Of a DNA stretch of 64,000 nt, positions 12,628 to 25,274 are shown piece after piece; positions within the stretch are counted from its first letter, which is position 1, and each line of letters begins with the position of its first letter. The DNA is from Octopus bimaculoides (Eukaryota), in assembly GCF_001194135.2 (NCBI RefSeq), contig NC_068981.1, positions 34,619,583 through 34,683,582 on the forward strand, written 5' to 3'. Position numbers and translations under genes: made by a program. Below the pieces are notes generated by a model. It ran no database searches and was not told where the DNA came from. It saw only the letters and a program-made list of their open reading frames with translations.

Positions 12628-13206
12628 ATGTTTCTTTTCGCGTCTGTCTCGTCTGCTGACATTGTTAAGTACAGTGTGGTTTGACTATTTTTCTCACCCT
12701 GCTCTATTTCACGTCCCAGACAGCAAAAGAAAAACAAGACGAAAAGTGACATGTGGGTGGGTGGTGTTGTAGGGTGTTATAGGAAGGATTTTATTTGTGG
12801 AAACGGGTGGAAGAGAGGTGAGTGTGGAAGCAGAGAAATGAAATGAAATGTATGGGATATGAACGACGTATATGTGCTTATACTTACAATATCTATATGT
12901 ATGTTTGTATGCAAAAAAGCACGTGCACACACATGAGCGCGTACAGAAATATATATTTATAGACTTGCATGAACGCTCACACATGCGCACAGAAAACACA
13001 CATAGAACAGCTTACATACAGAAGCGTATAAAGTAGTGAGCGCAAACTAAATACAGGTATACACGCATGCACGCACACACACACACACATTTGACACACA
13101 CACACACTCGGGTGCACAGACATGCACGCATACATAAGAACATGCAACATACAGGTTACATGCATGTACACTCACACACTCCATACACGAGTGCACAAAT
13201 GCAAAA

Positions 13207-13492
13207 GGGATCTTTTTTAAAACGGGGGCCACATTTTTCATTAATGTTTTACGTAGTGCTTTTGGTACCGAAAGACTTTCAAACTTCGTATACTTATCTA
13301 TTTTGTGTTATAGAACAGAAAAATATTTTTGTATTCGAATTTATTTCATGTAAAAAATTGTCTTATTTCGATAATTTCAACCAATCACTGACGTCCATTC
13401 AGCCGATATACATTAAGTGCCGACTACATAAACAAACGATTCTTCGTTTTATTTGCTTTTTTCATTTTAAATTTGCTTTAACACTAACCCTA
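13207..13492 (+). mobile_element. Left arm of a GGGATC-ended TIR element running into TAACCCTA at a gap
   Basis: Homologous over ~200 bp to the reverse complement of 44290-44496; shares the aatttcaaccaatca..gacgt motif with the 11471 arm. Confidence 0.75.
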
Positions 13493-14095
13493 NNNNNNNN
13501 NNNNNNNNNNNNNNNNNNNNNNNNNNNNNNNNNNNNNNNNNNNNNNNNNNNNNNNNNNNNNNNNNNNNNNNNNNNNNNNNNNNNNNNNNNNNNNNNNNNN
13601 NNNNNNNNNNNNNNNNNNNNNNNNNNNNNNNNNNNNNNNNNNNNNNNNNNNNNNNNNNNNNNNNNNNNNNNNNNNNNNNNNNNNNNNNNNNNNNNNNNNN
13701 NNNNNNNNNNNNNNNNNNNNNNNNNNNNNNNNNNNNNNNNNNNNNNNNNNNNNNNNNNNNNNNNNNNNNNNNNNNNNNNNNNNNNNNNNNNNNNNNNNNN
13801 NNNNNNNNNNNNNNNNNNNNNNNNNNNNNNNNNNNNNNNNNNNNNNNNNNNNNNNNNNNNNNNNNNNNNNNNNNNNNNNNNNNNNNNNNNNNNNNNNNNN
13901 NNNNNNNNNNNNNNNNNNNNNNNNNNNNNNNNNNNNNNNNNNNNNNNNNNNNNNNNNNNNNNNNNNNNNNNNNNNNNNNNNNNNNNNNNNNNNNNNNNNN
14001 NNNNNNNNNNNNNNNNNNNNNNNNNNNNNNNNNNNNNNNNNNNNNNNNNNNNNNNNNNNNNNNNNNNNNNNNNNNNNNNNNNNNNNNNNNNNNNN

Positions 14096-14150
<55 letters not shown>

Positions 14151-14500
14151 ACACACGTGCATTCGCGCACATATTCACATTCACACTCACACTCACATAC
14201 ACACGCATATAAACACTCTACAACATATATTTCGAGATCCTTACATATATCAATTAATCAACCAATTTTATGAGTCAAAGCGGGAGCCTGTTTGCAGTCA
14301 TCCATCTACTTGAAATAACAGCCAAATTCCCTCGACTTATATCCTATCGTCTTAAGTAAAGGAAGCTTACATTGGTGTATGTAATCTTACATAACCCTAA
14401 ACCGACAGGAAGGTCACGATTAGAATGTCTTTGATCATCGGTCTGATCAATCAAAGCTGGCTTGGAGTTAAGAAACCACGATATTTAAACTGTTAGTTAA

Positions 14501-14700
14501 GGCGGCGCGCTGGCACAATTGTTAGCACGCTGGGCAAAATGCTCAGCGGCGTTTCGTCCGTCTTTACGTTCTGAGTCGCCGAGGTCGGTTTTGCCTTTCA
14601 TCCTTTCGGGGGTCGATAGAATAGATCACTGGCGTCGATGTAATCCAATTATCTCCTCTCCCGAAATTGCTGGCCTTGTGCCAAAATTTGAAACCAATAT
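14501..14700 (+). mobile_element. tRNA-derived SINE family B
   Basis: ggcggcgcgctggca head, gcctttcatcctttcggggtcgat core, gctggccttgtgccaaaatttgaaacc tail; same layout at 21126, 21400, 40540. Confidence 0.88.
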
Positions 14701-14753
14701 TTAACCAGTTATATAATGTGGCGCCCAATGTGCTGAGCAGCGTNNNNNNNNNN

Positions 14754-14806
<53 letters not shown>

Positions 14807-15350
14807 AGCGTACGGATATACAAGCGCATATACGCATGCATAAAGAATAAGTAAAATAAATAAACAAACTTACACACACAAGCACTCCATAGATACAAAC
14901 ATTACCTCACCTTTAAGACACACGGTTAAACCCTTGATTCGCTACAAATGCTAGGCCCTACGACTTCTGATGATCTTTCTTAGTAATTCTGTATGGATAT
15001 AACATAGTTAAAACTGAGTCACAAAGATGAGATTTCCCATCTTAAGAACCAGAAAACGCTTCAGCTGCGAAGAGTTGAGAGTTTTCTAGAAACCTTTTTG
15101 TGAAACACAGTTGAATACCATATCCACATAAATAATAGTATTATTGCTACACATTCTACCCCACCCACAAGACTACATCGGAAAACACCACATCCTAAAG
15201 ATCATATTTAAATAAAAGGATTTCTTTTGGGTGTGATTTTTAGGTCATAGTCTTATTAGCAAATGAGGTGTTGAGATATATGTTTTAAAGATGAGATGTT
15301 TTGTGAATAAGTTGCGTGTGCGCGTTTACTGATTTTTTTTGTATATGTCT

Positions 15351-15558
15351 CTTTTACTCTTTTACTTGTTTCAGTCATTTGACTGTGGCCATGCTGGAGC
15401 TAGTCGAGCAAATCGACCCCAAGACTTATTCTTTGTTAGCCTTGTATTTATTCTATCGGTCTCTTTTGCCGAACCGCTAAGTTACGGGGACGTAAACACA
15501 CCAGCATCGGTTGTCAAGCGATGTTGGGGGACAAACAGACACACAAACACACAAACAC

Positions 15559-15590
<32 letters not shown>

Positions 15591-15752
15591 GACGGGCTTC
15601 TTTCAGTTTCCGTCTACCAAATCCACTCACAAGGCTTTGGTCAGCCCAAGGCTATAGTGGAAGACACTTGCCCAAAGTGCCACGCAGTGGGACTGAACCA
15701 AGAACCATGTGGTTGGTAAGCTACCTACTTACCATACAGCCACTCCTACGCC
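15351..15752 (-). mobile_element. Full-length SINE family A with internal (AT)n and 7-bp TSD
   Basis: Complete head to (AAAAGAGT)-like tail on the minus strand; tatgtct at 15344-15350 and 15753-15759. Confidence 0.93.
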
Positions 15753-16019
15753 TATGTCTGTTTGTATATATGATCGTGTATGGTTGAATATGTGTGCGCG
15801 TAGTTTCTTGACAAAGGCTTACAAACACATTTAACTTTTAGACCACTCTGCCTTTTCCAACACTCCTGCAGCTGTAAGAATATCTACTCTTCCAGACAAA
15901 ATGCTTAGCGGCATTTCTTCCATCTTTACCGCATAGCCACACAAGTATGGTTACATAGAAACATTTGAAGAGAAATATATTAGAGAGTAAATAAGATTTC
16001 AGTAAAATATAAATTTTGA

Positions 16020-16200
16020 TACACTCGTCACCCATTGCACGGTGTCTCTTCTGCAAATCCTGCACTCCAAGCCACCGTACTCAATCATTTTCTATATTTA
16101 GTAAACGAACCTCTGGAATTCCTTCCTTGGTCATAGATTTTCCTACAGATATCGCCTTTGAGATGTTTAAACTGAGCATCATCTGCATCAGTCTTTGCAA
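16020..16200 (+). mobile_element. Decayed CR1-like LINE ORF2 C-terminal remnant
   Basis: HRTQSFSIFSKRTSGIPSLVIDFPTDIAFEMFKLSIICISL parallels the H..SFFPRT..LWNSLP..VFP..YNL..FK..IN end of CR1-group ORF2. Confidence 0.45.
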
Positions 16201-17879
16201 GCTCGGAGAGCCACCAAAAGTCATAGTACTGACCCTTCATCCTGACTAGGATATAGTCTCAACAGAAGTTTTTTGATGAATTTCACAAAATAGAGTATTT
16301 AGATATATTCATGTGTTTATGATTGTTTCAATACTTTGAATTTCACATAATAGAGTATTTAAACAATCATAAACACATATATAAATATGTATGTAAACAC
16401 ACACATACACCTGCATCCAGAATAAGTAGGTGGTAAGCGCATACACTCGAACACGCATACTCGCACGAATATATATGCATAATGAATACATAAACATACA
16501 TGCCCTTAAATCAAAAGGAACGTGAGTTAAACAATATAACTCAAAATATACTATTGGTTGAAAGACAAGATGGTCATATTTGGAATGCGTATGATCTAAG
16601 GTCAACTCTAACGTCAGCTCTATTTCAAAGCTGACGTCAACAATTTGTATGTGCTCGTGTGTTTACGTGAGTGCGCGTTACTGCGCAGTGTGAAAATATT
16701 TTTCTCCAATTTCCTGCTGTTCAGTGAAACAATCTTCATATTTCATTACCGACGCCCTCCTTTGTTTATATATTCTTTGTTTCCCTTTGTATTTATTTAT
16801 GTATTTCGTTTTGCCTTTACTGAAGCAGTGTACACAAGTGACGTTGCACCTATATCGTTTTACGCTGGAGCATATTGATTGGCAGAATTAGTTGTACGTT
16901 ATGTTTAGATACTTCAAGGTTTATTGCTTGCTGTGATGTCGTGGCTTGTATGCCTCAATGACCCCCGAGAGCTGTGCCAGTGGAGCAATGCTCCTTGTAG
17001 GGCCTTCCATGCTGGACAGATCAAAGTATAGAAGCCAAACTAATCGTGACTATCTCTTCCCAAAGGTAAAAATGTGTTTGTGTAGGTCCAACACCCTTAT
17101 CTAGAAAAAAAAAGTTACAAAAGCATTGATGTCAATTCGAAACTGACAAAATTTGGAGAGGAAGGCCTTCCCTCAGGGAGATCAAACCATAAAGAAACCA
17201 ACATCTTGCATTGCAGCTTAGAGTCGACAAAAGATGAGAAAAGTCGTCTATAGCCTATGTTCCATAAGGAGCAGGGAGCTTAAGTAAATACTTTTAGATG
17301 CTGCTTCTATGTAATCAGCCTGATGTCTCCCACTTTTCGGTTCAATTTCTGGCAACGCACGTAAAATTAGTTATAAGACCGGTACAAGTATTACAGATAC
17401 CAGTTACATTACTGAGGCATGACTCGGGGTTCTGTGGCAAGCCCCGTCTTATTTGATGGCATAATAGATCAGCAGCTTATAGCGGTTGTTTTCACACGGT
17501 ATTTGTCTGGATAGGTATAAACGTAAGGTGGCTAACACGCAGAGTCGTTAGCATGTCGGGCATCCGATAAATTGTGAGCAGGGGAGCGAACCTCTACCAA
17601 CTTCTAGCGACTGGACCAGCAAACCACTCCTGGTTTCGGGCTATTTCTCTCACTCTTCCGTACTGGACACTTCGTCTGCTAGAGATACTTTCTTTATTAA
17701 GATAATGATTATCTAACACAGAAGGGACAAACAAGACAGAAAAAACAGATAAATGTTAATGTGAGTTCGAATGAAACTTCATTTTAAAAATTATGATGAT
17801 TATACGAATTAATATATAATATATTTTTTATAATTTTTAGCCGGGGGGGAGGGGATTCATCCTGATGGGCGAAAAGCCC

Positions 17880-18124
17880 AGCGACTATACCTTTATCTTT
17901 CTCCGTGGAGATTAAGCCGGGTCACTTGCACCCACGTTTCTTACCACAGCCTTCCATCTTTTCTCAAACACACCTCGCGAAAGTCGTCTACTCTCCTGCC
18001 CTATCTTGCTCTTCAGGTGAAATTTGACAAAAGGGAGCAATCCGGGGCCAGAGATGACGGTTCCCGTCATGAGTCCTTGCAGTCTTGTCTTCCAAACACA
18101 CTCTTTCAACACTGCCACTGTAAG
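17880..18124 (-). mobile_element. 3' end of an L1/Tx1-clade LINE ORF2
   Basis: VAVLKECVWKTRLQGLMTGTVISGPGLLPFVKFHLKSKIGQESRRLSRGVFEKRW, paralogous to the decayed VVTTKEVVW segment at ~26880 in the Tx1-like remnant. Continues into the gap. Confidence 0.65.
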
Positions 18125-18909
18125 NNNNNNNNNNNNNNNNNNNNNNNNNNNNNNNNNNNNNNNNNNNNNNNNNNNNNNNNNNNNNNNNNNNNNNNNNNNN
18201 NNNNNNNNNNNNNNNNNNNNNNNNNNNNNNNNNNNNNNNNNNNNNNNNNNNNNNNNNNNNNNNNNNNNNNNNNNNNNNNNNNNNNNNNNNNNNNNNNNNN
18301 NNNNNNNNNNNNNNNNNNNNNNNNNNNNNNNNNNNNNNNNNNNNNNNNNNNNNNNNNNNNNNNNNNNNNNNNNNNNNNNNNNNNNNNNNNNNNNNNNNNN
18401 NNNNNNNNNNNNNNNNNNNNNNNNNNNNNNNNNNNNNNNNNNNNNNNNNNNNNNNNNNNNNNNNNNNNNNNNNNNNNNNNNNNNNNNNNNNNNNNNNNNN
18501 NNNNNNNNNNNNNNNNNNNNNNNNNNNNNNNNNNNNNNNNNNNNNNNNNNNNNNNNNNNNNNNNNNNNNNNNNNNNNNNNNNNNNNNNNNNNNNNNNNNN
18601 NNNNNNNNNNNNNNNNNNNNNNNNNNNNNNNNNNNNNNNNNNNNNNNNNNNNNNNNNNNNNNNNNNNNNNNNNNNNNNNNNNNNNNNNNNNNNNNNNNNN
18701 NNNNNNNNNNNNNNNNNNNNNNNNNNNNNNNNNNNNNNNNNNNNNNNNNNNNNNNNNNNNNNNNNNNNNNNNNNNNNNNNNNNNNNNNNNNNNNNNNNNN
18801 NNNNNNNNNNNNNNNNNNNNNNNNNNNNNNNNNNNNNNNNNNNNNNNNNNNNNNNNNNNNNNNNNNNNNNNNNNNNNNNNNNNNNNNNNNNNNNNNNNNN
18901 NNNNNNNNN

Positions 18910-18955
<46 letters not shown>

Positions 18956-20829
18956 CGTGTGTGTGCATGTGCGCCCATACGTGCGTTAACTAGAATGTGT
19001 GTATACATCTAAATGACTGTATGTGTAAGCGAGGTTGTGAGTCTAAGTATGCGTGTCTGCGTGCGTATACGCACGCGCGTGTGTAAAGTATAGAGAATTT
19101 ATAGTTAATTTATGTGTGCATGAGTGTTTGTGCATGCATATGAGTATGTATGTGTGAATGAGACTGAGTGCAAATTAGCGTTTCCGCGTGTGAAGTGTAT
19201 ATGTGGAAGTTTGAGGAATCCTAGTGAGTTGTATGAGCGAATATGCACATGACTGTATGAAGTGCATGTGTAGACATTTATCAGTCTGTTGGGATGGGTA
19301 GAGGAAAGTAAGTCGGTTTTTGATACCAAGCGGAGTAGCCGTGTTCAGGCGGAAGATTAATTGTTGTTCACGACTGAGACGTGAGACGGGGAAAGATGTT
19401 GAAGCGAAAGATTGGCTTAGCAGGCGACAGGATATAGAAAGTTCCTGCAGCGGCTTTAGCTTGCAATACTTCTAGAAGCATACATTCTTTATACGCTCAT
19501 TCTTTTTGAATATATTTTCTTTCTTACATTCTCTCTTGTATATTTGTTTTTGTCTTTTTTATTTATTGCCTTTCTTTCAATCGTCTTGAGTATCATTCTC
19601 CCTACCTAATATATTCATTCACCAACAAATTACATTTGATGCTATTGTTTTTCTCACGTTTGTTTGCTTGATTGATTTCCTGGATTAAATGCTTGATTGC
19701 GTGCCTACTCCAGTATATCAGAAACTACTGAAGCCAGAGAAGCCAATTTGTTTTTAATCAATGATTACTAATCAAAATAATCAAAATTAAAAATATCTTT
19801 TTTGAAATTTTGTGGTTTTAAGTAAATTATTTGGATATGAAATGTGCAACCCGACTCTACTTGGCATGTTATATGCTGATGCTGGGAGAACGTTTTACAT
19901 TTTTATACAAAAAATGTAGTCAGTTACAGGAAAAAAACAAAATGCAATAGAAGATCGTTCACGCATATAATCACATAGCAATGCAATTTTTTTCAAACAC
20001 TGGCGGTGGTAGTAGTTAACAGTATTACAAAATACATTCAAATACAGATAACATATATAAGGGGAAAAGTTGTTGTCCATTGTTTTCCATTCTTTAATGT
20101 TTTTTTTGTCTTTGTTTTTGTTGTTAACATCGGATCAAATATTTCATCTGATCATATAAAAGAACGGCATTGTGTTTTAACGTAGCTCATTGTTCGTGTC
20201 TTGCTTTCTTTTAGTTTAAACATCCAGGCTGCTGCAACTGTGATCGAATTAAAAGAATTCATATTACCAACAGAAAGGTCAGTGATTTATATCCAGTTTC
20301 TGGCCCTGCACTGAACCTAGGACAAAATCTTTTAAAAATTAACTTCCATACTTCCTTCATGTTAATTAAATCTCATTGTTTCATGTTTCATCGTCTCATA
20401 TAAAAATTAACTCTCGTTTCTATCGGTATCGCTACAGTTCGACTCTCACGGAATGACTACGTTGCATAGATTCATTCATATTCAGAACTGCTATTTTTAT
20501 CATCAACTGCGTCACCGAAAACTAGATCTTTGGATTTCCTTGCTCCATATCCCTGGCAACAACTTGTATTAGTTCCTATCCATAACCGCAGATGTTTAGA
20601 ATGCACATTAATCACATTAGACTCTATTGTTAGATGGGGCGGAGGTTGAAAAATCACAGGTCTTAGGTTTCAGCACCAATTCGTTTACAAAAAATATCTT
20701 TCATTTTACTAAAGCCATTTTCTTTTTATTATGAAGTTTGGTTTGGAGGGGGAAGAGGTTGTTACCAATCACCCTCGTAGGACTTCTAGGATTGATGGGA
20801 TTAATAATTAATACTTCTATTGAATCTGA

Positions 20830-21040
20830 CAAATCAGAAAAAATATCAAAGCAGAGATGGAATTTCAGAGAGACAACATTCTGGAGAGGTAAGACCCTGC
20901 ACAGGTGTCTAATGCGGTTCCTTAAGGGCAGGATACAACATGGATGACGGGGCAAGGGGAGAAGTGTAGGCAAGGAGTGTCTGAGTAGAGGTGAAACGAC
21001 GCCAATCAGCTCGAAGGGGGCTGAGACCGCTGAAGTAGCA
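20830..21040 (-). mobile_element. Decayed CR1-like LINE 3' remnant
   Basis: ELIGVVSPLLRHSLPT...RHPCCILPL resembles CR1 SEL...VPP.LRH.R.TR....HP. Confidence 0.35.
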
Positions 21041-21125
21041 TAAAGAAGGGTTGAAAAACAAAACAAAATGAAATGAAATAGAATTTAAATATCGAATATA
21101 TTTTTGATATTATTTATTTATTTAA

Positions 21126-21630
21126 GGCGGCGAGATGACAGAATCGTTAGCAAGCCAGGCAAAATGCTTAGCAGCATTTCGTCCGTCTTTATGTTGAGTT
21201 CAAATTTCGCCCAGTTCGACTTTGCCTTTCATCCTTTAGGGGTCGATAAAATAAGTACCAGTTGATCACTGGGGGTTTATGTAATCAACTTACCTCTCCT
21301 TCGAAATGGCTGGCCGGCGTCGTAATCGACTTATCCACCCTCCAGAATTGCAGGTTTTGTCCCAAAATTTGAAGTCAGTATTATTTATTTATTTATTTAA
21401 GGTGGTGAGCTGGCAGAATCGTTACCGCTCCAGAAAAAAATGCTTAGAGTATTTCTTCGGACTTTACGTTCCGAGTTCAAATTCAGCCGGGGTCGAGTTT
21501 CCCTTTCATCCTTTCGGTGTCGATAAAATAAGAGCTAGTCGCTCACTGAAGTTGATATTATCGATTTACTCATCCCCCGAACTTGCTGGCCTTGTGCCAA
21601 GATTTAAAACCAATATTATTTATTTATTTA
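21126..21630 (+). mobile_element. Two head-to-tail SINE family B copies with (ATTT)n tails
   Basis: Copies at 21126-21397 and ~21400-21630, each preceded by ttatttattt-aa-gg. Confidence 0.9.
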
Positions 21631-22269
21631 GTTGAGTAGAACATTCAGGTGTTTTCTTGCATTTCTGTATAGGAGTGTGCGGGAAATAAATTGACGTCAT
21701 GACAGCATTTCCTCTATAATATACATAATAAAAACTATTAGCTAACGTGGGAACCTATTAAAAATAGCAGTCAAATATCTACCAATCATATACTGGCCTC
21801 TTAAAAGACACAGATATAATAGTGCCACATTCCCATAACAAGATGGGATGGTCAGAACTTGAGTGTCATTCGTAGGTTTCTTTCCACGTCTAAACAACTC
21901 ATACACACACATACACACACTCAATGAGGGCGCTTTTACGCGGTGACTCGGCTTATAAGAAATAGCAGTAAAATCTCTATTCAATAATTCACTGTTATCT
22001 TTAAGAAAAGAACATATTATACCTGAAGATATATGTGAGGATGGCAACGGTCGTGGAGCTTATAAAAACATCAAACCCCAAAATAATTCGCGGGTTTTCA
22101 ATTTTATATGCTTAAATAATTTTTTTTTTTTTTTTTTTTTTGATATTCAGAGGTTTGAAAGGTGAGTTCACTTTTATAAGCTCAATGGCTAGAATGCCTT
22201 TGATCAGAGCTGATCTGAGGGCTAAACAACAACAGCATGAACATCAACTTCCCACCCCCACAAACATTC

Positions 22270-22680
22270 ATCTACTACATGTGCGGGAATTCTGTCTGTG
22301 GGTGTGTTTGTGGAGTTGTTAGCTAACTCTTCCTACATCGTTTTATCGATTTTGATGAAACTTCACACGTGGGTAGAACTCATGTCTGGAAACCTCATGG
22401 CATACTCAGATTGTTGAAAAGATCGATAATAAAGCCCCAGGAATGGATCCTTATATATATATTTATATCTAATATATTTCATTTTAACAGGAAAGGGAAA
22501 TAACCCTTTCGCCCAGATATTAATAGCCAAGGGAAATAACATATTCATCTTCCAAAATCATCTGCTATAAATCAAATTGAGTATGCTTATTTCTTAGTAC
22601 TTGAACTGTTAGAGTTATTTTTGCAATTTATCCAGCATAACCCTTAAACAAGTAAATAGTATTTTCCTAAACAATAGATC
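22270..22680 (+). mobile_element. Possible Helentron-associated (HINE/DINE-like) non-autonomous element
   Basis: tgtctgtgggtgtgtttg...aactcttcc...cgattttgatgaaacttcacac motif order typical of such elements (from memory). Confidence 0.35.
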
Positions 22681-22947
22681 TACTTATTTTGGTTAGTGAC
22701 TTATTCACGAATATACCAGCACTAGCGCTGCTGAAGGTAATATTCTCTGGGAACGATTCAAGTACCTTGTGAGTAAGTTCCAATAGTATTGTATATACAG
22801 GAATCTTATATGTATACCATTCTGCCTAAATAATGGAACTGCAGATACAATATCCCTGCATATCTCACATCTATCTTCATTCCTCCACTTCACTCTCTAT
22901 TTCATATCTTATCTAGAATAATTATTGCTTAACCATTTTATCACACT

Positions 22948-22995
22948 GTCTCCGATGAAGGGATATATGAAATATCCCGGAAACAGCTGTAAGAC
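22948..22995 (+). ncRNA. Minimal type-I hammerhead ribozyme-like motif (Penelope pLTR type), variant core
   Basis: GTCT-CCGATGA-A-GGGATAT-atgaa-ATATCCC-G-GAAA-C-AGCT-G-TA-AGAC: stem I 4 bp, stem II 7 bp, minimal stem III with palindromic AGCT loop, GUA cleavage triplet. Deviations: U4>C and an A.G pair at the base of stem II. Confidence 0.7.
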
Positions 22996-24454
22996 CTTCC
23001 CTTTATAAATGTTCTGAAATCTTTCACAGCCTTGGATTTTTATCTCATTCTGTTAATATTTTTATATATACACATGCTGATGTATGACCTTCATTGGACT
23101 CCTCATTCACATAACTATCGAATCTGGAGCTTAACTATAGTCTGTCCATAGCAATTATTCAGCATTCCCTGACACCTTTGGGTCTTCTTGACACCATTGC
23201 ATCTCATAACCTCAATAAATAAATAAATATAAATAAATAAATANNNNNNNNNNNNNNNNNNNNNNNNNNNNNNNNNNNNNNNNNNNNNNNNNNNNNNNNN
23301 NNNNNNNNNNNNNNNNNNNNNNNNNNNNNNNNNNNNNNNNNNNNNNNNNNNNNNNNNNNNNNNNNNNNNNNNNNNNNNNNNNNNNNNNNNNNNNNNNNNN
23401 NNNNNNNNNNNNNNNNNNNNNNNNNNNNNNNNNNNNNNNNNNNNNNNNNNNNNNNNNNNNNNNNNNNNNNNNNNNNNNNNNNNNNNNNNNNNNNNNNNNN
23501 NNNNNNNNNNNNNNNNNNNNNNNNNNNNNNNNNNNNNNNNNNNNNNNNNNNNNNNNNNNNNNNNNNNNNNNNNNNNNNNNNNNNNNNNNNNNNNNNNNNN
23601 NNNNNNNNNNNNNNNNNNNNNNNNNNNNNNNNNNNNNNNNNNNNNNNNNNNNNNNNNNNNNNNNNNNNNNNNNNNNNNNNNNNNNNNNNNNNNNNNNNNN
23701 NNNNNNNNNNNNNNNNNNNNNNNNNNNNNNNNNNNNNNNNNNNNNNNNNNNNNNNNNNNNNNNNNNNNNNNNNNNNNNNNNNNNNNNNNNNNNNNNNNNN
23801 NNNNNNNNNNNNNNNNNNNNNNNNNNNNNNNNNNNNNNNNNNNNNNNNNNNNNNNNNNNNNNNNNNNNNNNNNNNNNNNNNNNNNNNNNNNNNNNNNNNN
23901 NNNNNNNNNNNNNNNNNNNNNNNNNNNNNNNNNNNNNNNNNNNNNNNNNNNNNNNNNNNNNNNNNNNNNNNNNNNNNNNNNNNNNNNNNNNNNNNNNNNN
24001 NNNNNNNNNNNNNNNNNNNNNNNNNNNNNNNNNNNNNNNNNNNNNNNNNNNNNNNNNNNNNNTAAAAATAAGATAAAATCTTTATAAGAATTTATCAAGT
24101 AGTTAGTGTGAAAAACCTTATAGGGGAAAATTATTAATTATTCCCTTTAAATATATTAATTTATATTAAGGGCATTACTACGGTCGAGGGCTGTAGTATA
24201 AGACACTTGCCTAAAGTGCCGTGTAGTGGGACTGAACCCAAAATCAAGTGGTTGCAAAGCGACTTTCTTAATTAATTACACAGCCAGAACCTATTATAAT
24301 AGAATCTGGTGACAAAGGATGGAGGTAATCTCTAACTAGGTTCAATCTCTCCATCTCCTATTCACGAACATAACACACACGCACGCACACGCACGTATGC
24401 ACACACACACACACACACATACACACACTCAGAGGAACCAGGTGCCTATTTGTC

Positions 24455-24660
24455 AGTTACTGGACTTGCTAGAAATAACTGCAAAACCTCCTCAAATCAC
24501 ATCATCCTACTGTATTTGAAAAAGAAAAAAAAAAAAAATGAAAAAAAGGAGTGATACATTGAAGAATGTATTTCAAGCTGACAAAAAAAGATGGGATTGC
24601 CATGGTTGGAAAGCACCTGATCATAGACTCACTCTCTCAAGAGCCGATCTCGAGATAAAC
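24455..24660 (+). mobile_element. Dispersed repeat family E (retroposon 3'-tail-like)
   Basis: gctagaaataactgcaaaacctcctcaaatcac...ggttggaaagcacctgatcatag; related copies at ~4600-4800, 14290-14470, 22160-22240, 32570-32780 and (minus) 46660-46730, 57310-57360, 62840-63000. Confidence 0.7.
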
Positions 24661-24959
24661 AAGTACGACGACGACGATGACGACATACCACAACCTCAGC
24701 CACTCCCATCGCTGGTTGTATGTATGGAGAGGCACATGACAAAGCTATGACATTTTTCGCGTTCCTTTCGCTGTTTTCATTCTAGATTCCTTTCTTGTTT
24801 TCTTTCTTTTCATTCTTTATATATTAGCATATTTTAACAAGTTTTTCTTTTTCTTTTTTTTCTTTATTTTTAATGTCGATCGCTTTCTTTTTAATTTTCC
24901 ACTGCCGTCTCTCTCCCACTCACCTTACTTTCTCATTCTTATTCTCAGCCACTCAGTCT

Positions 24960-25026
24960 CACTCTCTCTCTTGCTCTCTCTCTCTTGCTCTCTCTCTCTC
25001 TCTCACTCTTGCTCTCTCTCTTTCTT

Positions 25027-25116
<90 letters not shown>
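24960..25116. repeat. (CT)n microsatellite
   Basis: Direct reading. Confidence 0.97.
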
Positions 25117-25118
<2 letters not shown>

Positions 25119-25274
25119 AGTCAGTTTCATTTGCATTCAAGTTATAAATCCCATTTTCGCTCTCACTCAACTAGAATAACTCCTGCAGCAACAACAACAA
25201 CTACAATAACAACATCAACAACAGCAACGTGTTTTACACATAAAAACATTCATGCCGAGACTTTCGATCGAAAA

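Noticed and set aside
13067-14212. Long ORFs spanning N gaps (also at 18-19 kb, 23-24 kb, 37-39 kb, 44.7-45.7 kb, 47 kb, 56.4-57.3 kb)
   Set aside because: Length comes from N runs and dinucleotide or trinucleotide repeats that lack stops; no coding evidence.
16114-16245. Minus-strand short frame MKGQYYDFWWLSELAKTDADDAQFKHLKGDIC... as a possible exon
   Set aside because: The opposite strand is better explained as a CR1-like ORF2 end; no family recognised for this peptide.
16277-16361. 25-bp direct repeat at 60-bp spacing (24/25)
   Set aside because: Only two AT-rich copies; likely a local micro-duplication with no supportable function.
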